A DNA stretch of 32,000 nucleotides, taken from NCBI RefSeq assembly GCF_000011805.1, contig NC_006840.2; one strand, 5' to 3'. Made by a program: the position numbers and the translations under genes. Every line of letters begins with the position of its first letter. Positions within the stretch are counted from its first letter, which is position 1. Shown piece after piece: positions 27,656-32,000 of this stretch. Below the pieces are notes generated by a model. The model was given only the letters and a program-made list of their open reading frames with translations, was not told where the DNA came from and made no database searches. The stretch comes from Aliivibrio fischeri ES114. Its GTDB lineage: Bacteria > Pseudomonadota > Gammaproteobacteria > Enterobacterales > Vibrionaceae.

Positions 27656-27758
27656 GAAGTAGCAGCTCAGTTGGTTAAGCTTTTTATTGGAGAGCTTAGC
27701 GGCCTGTCACACTGAGGGGCATATCGCTGGTTGATAGAAAGTCCCGTTAACGTGGCCA
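27656..27758 (+). pseudogene. Degenerate tRNA-Asp-derived unit 1, with insertions
   Basis: gaagtagcagctcagttggttaa[gctttttattggagagctta]gcggcctgtcacactgaggggcatatcgctggttgatagaaagtcccgttaacgtggcca versus genuine tRNA-Asp. Confidence 0.75.
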
Positions 27759-27768
27759 CTTATTTAAG

Positions 27769-27798
27769 AAGCCCTAATCGAAAGATTAGGGCTTTTTT
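27769..27798 (+). terminator. Duplicated terminator following unit 1
   Basis: AAGCCCTAATC-gaaa-GATTAGGGCTT plus T run; same stem and loop as the terminator at 27592-27621. Confidence 0.85.
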
Positions 27799-27832
27799 AC
27801 ATTTGTAGAAAACAGAATGAGATAAGCAGGGC

Positions 27833-27940
27833 GAAGTAGTAGTTCAGTTGGTTAGACTTTTTATTGGAGATCTTAGCGGCCTATCACGCCGGGGGACGTG
27901 TCGCTCTGAAGGTTGGTAGAACGTCCCATTAACTCCGCTA
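27833..27940 (+). pseudogene. Degenerate tRNA-Asp-derived unit 2
   Basis: gaagtagtagttcagttggttagactttttattggagatcttagcggcctatcacgccgggggacgtgtcgctctgaaggttggtagaacgtcccattaactccgcta. Confidence 0.75.
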
Positions 27941-27975
27941 CTTATTTAAAGAAAACGGAATGAAATGAGCAGAGC

Positions 27976-28083
27976 TAAGTGGTAGTTCAGTTGGTTAGGC
28001 TTTTTATTGGATAGTTTAGCTGTCTGTCACGCCGGAGGACGTGTTGTTTTCAAGGTTGATAGAAAGTCCCGTAAACGTAGTCA
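27976..28083 (+). pseudogene. Degenerate tRNA-Asp-derived unit 3
   Basis: taagtggtagttcagttggttaggctttttattggatagtttagctgtctgtcacgccggaggacgtgttgttttcaaggttgatagaaagtcccgtaaacgtagtca. Confidence 0.75.
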
Positions 28084-28093
28084 TTTATTTGAA

Positions 28094-28123
28094 GAAACCC
28101 TACCGAAAGATTAGGACTTTTTT
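28094..28123 (+). terminator. Degraded copy of the same terminator after unit 3
   Basis: gaaaccctaccgaaagattaggactttttt; the stem carries mismatches relative to the parent. Confidence 0.5.
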
Positions 28124-28157
28124 ACATCTGTAGAAAACGGAATGAGATAAGCAGAGC

Positions 28158-28245
28158 GAAGTGTGAGTTCAGTTCGTTTTAGACTTTTTATTGGAGAGCT
28201 TAGCAGTTTGTTGTACTGAGGAACTTTCTGAGAAGGTTTGTTAAT
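28158..28245 (+). pseudogene. Degenerate tRNA-Asp-derived unit 4, most decayed (approximate 3' end)
   Basis: gaagtgtgagttcagttcgttttagactttttattggagagcttagcagtttgttgtactgaggaac...; keeps the unit prefix gaaaacggaatgagataagcagagc and the TTTTTATTGGAGA insert. Confidence 0.6.
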
Positions 28246-28260
28246 TATTTGAGCTAAAAA

Positions 28261-28282
28261 AAGAGGCGAACAAGCGCCTCTT
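28261..28282. terminator. Terminator 3' of the antiporter gene, possibly bidirectional
   Basis: AAGAGGCG-aacaag-CGCCTCTT, flanked by A-rich sequence on the left (T-rich on the minus strand). Confidence 0.75.
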
Positions 28283-28298
28283 CTATTAATTTCAATTT

Positions 28299-29576
28299 CT
28301 ACATTTCTTTTTCAAGCTTCTTGGCTTTATCAATCATAGGAGTGATTGTTGACCCTTGTACTAAAATTGAAAAAACAACAACAGAGTAAGTCATTACAAG
28401 AATGATTTCTCTAACATCTATATTTTTTTCGGGTATAACCATAATTCCAGCAGGTATAGCTAGTGCCATTGCTAATGCTAAACCGCCTCTTAAGCCACCC
28501 CAAGTTAAAATACGTACTGATAATGGGTTGTAAGTTCTAAATCGATTAAAGCCAATGTATGAGATAAATACACTTAAATAACGGCTTGTTAAAACTAAAG
28601 GAATAGAAATTGCCATTAATATCCAATCTTCTTGATGGAATTGGAATAAAAGCATAGACATACCAATTAATAGGAATAGTACGCCATTGAGGAATTCGTC
28701 GACAAGTTCCCAGAAGTGATCTAAATGATCTTCACTTTCTTTTGAAAAACCAATAAATCGAGTCCAGTTTCCTATCATAATACCAGAGACAACCATTGCT
28801 AGGGGACCTGAAACATGAAGCACTTCTGCTAGAGCATAACCAGCGGTTGGTATACCAATGGTTAATAATAGCTCCATTGAATGGTCATTGGTTGAACTTA
28901 TTAGATAATGGAAAACTAGCCCAAGAATAAATCCATAGGCAATCCCACCAATAGCTTCTTGGAAGAATAATGCAGTTACACTTCCTACAGTAGGTGTTTC
29001 ATGACCGAAAGCGATGGTAAAGAGAGTTACAAAGATAACAAGGCCAAAGCCATCGTTGAATAATGATTCGCCTTCAATTTGAGTTGAGATTCGTTGCGGA
29101 GCATTCATCTTTTTAACGATAGCAAGAACGGCTATTGGGTCAGTTGGTGATATTAATGCACCAAATAGTAAGCAGTAAATAAGATCTAAATTAACGCCGA
29201 TAACATTACAAATTGCCCATAAAATAAAGCCGATAAAGAACGTTGAAAATAATGTAGCTCCTAAGGCAAGAACCGTTATTTCCCATTTTTGATCTTTTAA
29301 GTTTTGTAGCTTTATGCCCAAGCCTCCAGCAAAAAGCAGAAAACCTAGAATCCCTTTTAATAAAAAATCTTCAAAGTTAATATCTGTTAACGTCTCAGTT
29401 GCTACTTCCCTAAGGTTAAACCAGTTATTTTGACCGGCAATGATAATGCCTAATGAAAGCATCATGGAACCTGCAGTAATAGCAATGGTTGTTTGCATTT
29501 TTCCAATTTTACTATTGAAAAATGCGATTAACATTGCAGCAGCTGCGAGAAAGCAGAGTGTGTTATATACGGACAT
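28299..29576 (-). CDS. Na+/H+ antiporter, CPA1 family (NhaP-like)
   Basis: 425 aa; multi-TM; LIFGALISPTDPIAVLAIVKKM, EGESLFNDGFGLVIFV, LTWGGLRGGLALAMALAIP motifs. Confidence 0.9.
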   Translation of the reverse strand: MSVYNTLCFLAAAAMLIAFFNSKIGKMQTTIAITAGSMMLSLGIIIAGQNNWFNLREVATETLTDINFEDFLLKGILGFLLFAGGLGIKLQNLKDQKWEITVLALGATLFSTFFIGFILWAICNVIGVNLDLIYCLLFGALISPTDPIAVLAIVKKMNAPQRISTQIEGESLFNDGFGLVIFVTLFTIAFGHETPTVGSVTALFFQEAIGGIAYGFILGLVFHYLISSTNDHSMELLLTIGIPTAGYALAEVLHVSGPLAMVVSGIMIGNWTRFIGFSKESEDHLDHFWELVDEFLNGVLFLLIGMSMLLFQFHQEDWILMAISIPLVLTSRYLSVFISYIGFNRFRTYNPLSVRILTWGGLRGGLALAMALAIPAGIMVIPEKNIDVREIILVMTYSVVVFSILVQGSTITPMIDKAKKLEKEM

Positions 29577-29689
29577 TGCTTAACCTCTAGATTTTTATTT
29601 AATGTAACAAAGTGTGATTTATATCATTTTCCGCTCTATTTGATAAATATCAAATTTTATTTTCATTTTGTTGAAATAAAAATGCTTTT

Positions 29690-29705
29690 AGACGTCTAGA
29701 TTTCT
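29690..29705. promoter_or_regulatory. Two adjacent MetJ-box-like 8-mers (putative MetJ operator of metH)
   Basis: AGACGTCT (29690-29697, perfect consensus) immediately followed by AGATTTCT (29698-29705). Confidence 0.65.
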
Positions 29706-29758
29706 ATAAAATGTGTGATAGGATTGTAACAGAAACGTATTATGGATGAGGTTGTACC

Positions 29759-32000
29759 GTGGCAGGAAGCAATATAAAAGTACAAATAGAAAAGCAACTT
29801 TCAGAGCGAATTTTATTGATTGATGGTGGTATGGGCACCATGATTCAAGGTTATAAGTTTGAAGAGGAAGATTATAGAGGGGAACGTTTTAATAAATGGC
29901 ATTGTGATCTTAAAGGTAACAATGATTTATTAGTTCTTTCACAACCACAAATTATAAGAGATATCCACGAAGCCTATTTAGAAGCTGGTGCTGATATCCT
30001 TGAGACTAATACTTTTAATGCAACAACTATTGCTATGGCTGATTATGATATGGAAAGCCTTAGTGAAGAGATTAACTTTGAAGCAGCAAAGCTTGCTCGT
30101 GAAGTTGCAGATAAATGGACCGAGAAGACACCAAATAAGCCTCGTTATGTCGCAGGAGTGCTTGGACCAACAAACCGAACTTGTTCTATTTCTCCAGATG
30201 TAAATGATCCAGGCTTTCGTAATGTATCGTTTGATGAATTAGTGGAAGCTTATTCAGAGTCAACTCGAGCACTTATTAGAGGTGGCTCAGATCTTATTCT
30301 TATCGAAACTATTTTTGATACATTAAATGCTAAAGCGTGTTCTTTTGCTGTCGAGTCTGTTTTTGAAGAGCTTGATATTACTCTGCCCGTTATGATTTCA
30401 GGGACAATTACTGACGCATCAGGAAGAACCTTATCGGGACAAACAACAGAAGCTTTTTATAATGCATTAAGACATGTAAAACCTATTTCTTTTGGTCTTA
30501 ATTGTGCGCTTGGTCCTGATGAATTACGTGAATATGTAAGCGATCTTTCACGTATTTCTGAATGTTATGTTTCTGCTCACCCAAACGCTGGTTTACCTAA
30601 TGCATTTGGTGAGTATGATTTATCCCCTGAAGATATGGCTGAGCATGTTGCGGAATGGGCAAGTAGCGGATTTTTAAATCTCATTGGTGGATGTTGTGGC
30701 ACCACTCCTGAACATATTCGTCAAATGGCTTTAGTTGTTGAAGGTGTGAAACCTCGACAATTACCTGAATTACCCGTCGCTTGTCGTCTTTCCGGATTAG
30801 AGCCTTTAACAATAGAAAAAGATTCTTTGTTTATTAATGTTGGTGAACGTACAAATGTTACTGGATCTGCTCGTTTTAAACGCTTAATTAAAGAAGAGCT
30901 TTATGATGAAGCACTAAGTGTTGCTCAAGAGCAAGTTGAAAACGGTGCTCAAATTATCGATATCAACATGGATGAAGGCATGCTTGATGCTGAAGCATGT
31001 ATGGTTCGTTTTTTAAATCTTTGTGCATCAGAGCCTGAAATATCTAAAGTTCCAGTGATGGTTGATTCTTCTAAATGGGAAGTAATTGAAGCTGGATTAA
31101 AGTGTATTCAAGGTAAGGGGATAGTTAATTCAATCTCTTTAAAGGAAGGCAAAGAAAAGTTTGTACATCAAGCCAAGTTAATACGTCGCTATGGTGCTGC
31201 AGTGATCGTTATGGCTTTTGATGAAGTCGGCCAAGCGGACACTCGTGAGCGTAAAATTGAAATTTGTACCAATGCCTACAATATTTTAGTTGATGAAGTT
31301 GGTTTCCCACCTGAAGATATTATTTTTGATCCTAATATTTTTGCGGTTGCTACAGGTATCGATGAGCATAATAACTATGCAGTAGACTTTATTGAAGCTG
31401 TTGGTGATATAAAGCGAACTCTTCCTCATGCAATGATTTCAGGTGGTGTTTCTAACGTCTCTTTTTCTTTCCGTGGAAATAACTACGTTCGTGAAGCTAT
31501 CCATGCCGTATTTTTATATCACTGTTTTAAAAATGGTATGGATATGGGTATCGTAAATGCAGGACAGTTGGAAATATACGATAACGTACCAGAAGATTTG
31601 CGTGAAGCGGTTGAAGATGTAGTTCTGAATCGTAGAGATGATTCTACGGAACGTTTACTTGATATTGCAACTGAGTATTTAGAACGAGCTGTTGGTAAAG
31701 TTGAAGATAAATCAGCTTTAGAGTGGCGTGATTGGCCTGTTGAAAAACGTCTTGAACATTCTCTAGTGAAGGGGATAACAGAGTTTATTGTCGAAGATAC
31801 AGAAGAAGCTCGAATCAATGCAGAAAAACCAATAGAAGTAATTGAAGGGCCATTGATGGACGGAATGAACGTCGTCGGTGATCTTTTTGGTGAAGGAAAA
31901 ATGTTCCTTCCTCAAGTAGTAAAGTCTGCTCGTGTAATGAAACAAGCAGTTGCTCATTTAGAACCGTTTATTAATGCGTCCAAAGAAGTTGGAGCAACAA
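29759..32000 (+). CDS. metH: Cobalamin-dependent methionine synthase MetH, N-terminal part; continues past the window end
   Basis: GTG start with GGATGAGG upstream; (M)[43 protein letters not shown]..., [65 protein letters not shown]. Not in the ORF track because it has no stop in the window. Confidence 0.95.
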   Translation, partial: MAGSNIKVQIEKQLSERILLIDGGMGTMIQGYKFEEEDYRGERFNKWHCDLKGNNDLLVLSQPQIIRDIHEAYLEAGADILETNTFNATTIAMADYDMESLSEEINFEAAKLAREVADKWTEKTPNKPRYVAGVLGPTNRTCSISPDVNDPGFRNVSFDELVEAYSESTRALIRGGSDLILIETIFDTLNAKACSFAVESVFEELDITLPVMISGTITDASGRTLSGQTTEAFYNALRHVKPISFGLNCALGPDELREYVSDLSRISECYVSAHPNAGLPNAFGEYDLSPEDMAEHVAEWASSGFLNLIGGCCGTTPEHIRQMALVVEGVKPRQLPELPVACRLSGLEPLTIEKDSLFINVGERTNVTGSARFKRLIKEELYDEALSVAQEQVENGAQIIDINMDEGMLDAEACMVRFLNLCASEPEISKVPVMVDSSKWEVIEAGLKCIQGKGIVNSISLKEGKEKFVHQAKLIRRYGAAVIVMAFDEVGQADTRERKIEICTNAYNILVDEVGFPPEDIIFDPNIFAVATGIDEHNNYAVDFIEAVGDIKRTLPHAMISGGVSNVSFSFRGNNYVREAIHAVFLYHCFKNGMDMGIVNAGQLEIYDNVPEDLREAVEDVVLNRRDDSTERLLDIATEYLERAVGKVEDKSALEWRDWPVEKRLEHSLVKGITEFIVEDTEEARINAEKPIEVIEGPLMDGMNVVGDLFGEGKMFLPQVVKSARVMKQAVAHLEPFINASKEVGAT

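Noticed and set aside
27581-28250. Possible CRISPR array or retron/DGR-like element at the repeat region
   Set aside because: Units are about 100-180 nt, derived from tRNA-Asp and terminator sequence, without short identical repeats and unique spacers, and no cas, reverse transcriptase or other effector gene is present in the window.
28123-28260. Possible genomic island or integrase attachment site at the tRNA-Asp 3' end
   Set aside because: No integrase or mobility gene follows; the next gene is a core-type antiporter followed by metH. The repeated segments are full cassette copies with insertions rather than short att repeats.
29661-29676. TTTCATTTTGTTGAAA considered as a MetR site
   Set aside because: The half-sites are in TTCA...TGAA orientation rather than the TGAA-N5-TTCA consensus, so it was not called.
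29988-31957. ORFs at 29988..30203 (+), 31519..31818 (-) and 31763..31957 (-)
   Set aside because: Out-of-frame or antisense to metH, whose frame is continuous from 29759 to the window end.

Overview
This 32 kb window is mostly core chromosome from a gammaproteobacterium. Gene content and rRNA spacers look like Vibrionaceae, probably Aliivibrio; that assignment is inference. From left to right it contains: (1) a sulfate-assimilation cluster, cysD (3' end) - cysN - SLC13/TrkA-C anion transporter - cysC; (2) a minus-strand gene of the TIGR03899 type and an un-tracked 30-aa plus-strand membrane micro-ORF; (3) a minus-strand zinc-type locus (His-rich DUF2607-like protein, ZrgA/DUF2796 protein, ABC ATPase, FtsX-type permease, DUF3299 protein) preceded by a Zur-box-like palindrome; (4) ytfJ, ytfK/DUF1107, msrA, tamA, tamB; (5) two nearly identical rRNA operons in direct tandem, the first with tRNA-Glu and the second with tRNA-Ile + tRNA-Ala in the spacer, followed by tRNA-Asp; (6) a series of four degenerate tRNA-Asp-derived units carrying shared insertions and, in part, copied terminators; (7) a CPA1 Na+/H+ antiporter and, divergently, the 5' part of metH preceded by two adjacent MetJ-box-like 8-mers. 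I see no CRISPR array, phage, transposase, retron or defence system. The strongest unusual signal is the degenerate tRNA-Asp-derived tandem array at about 27.6-28.25 kb. Secondary signals are a 1-nt insertion in a conserved part of the first 16S copy, the Zur box, the micro-ORF and the inverted repeat upstream of rrn P1. All family calls come from recognition of the sequence. No search or folding program was run.
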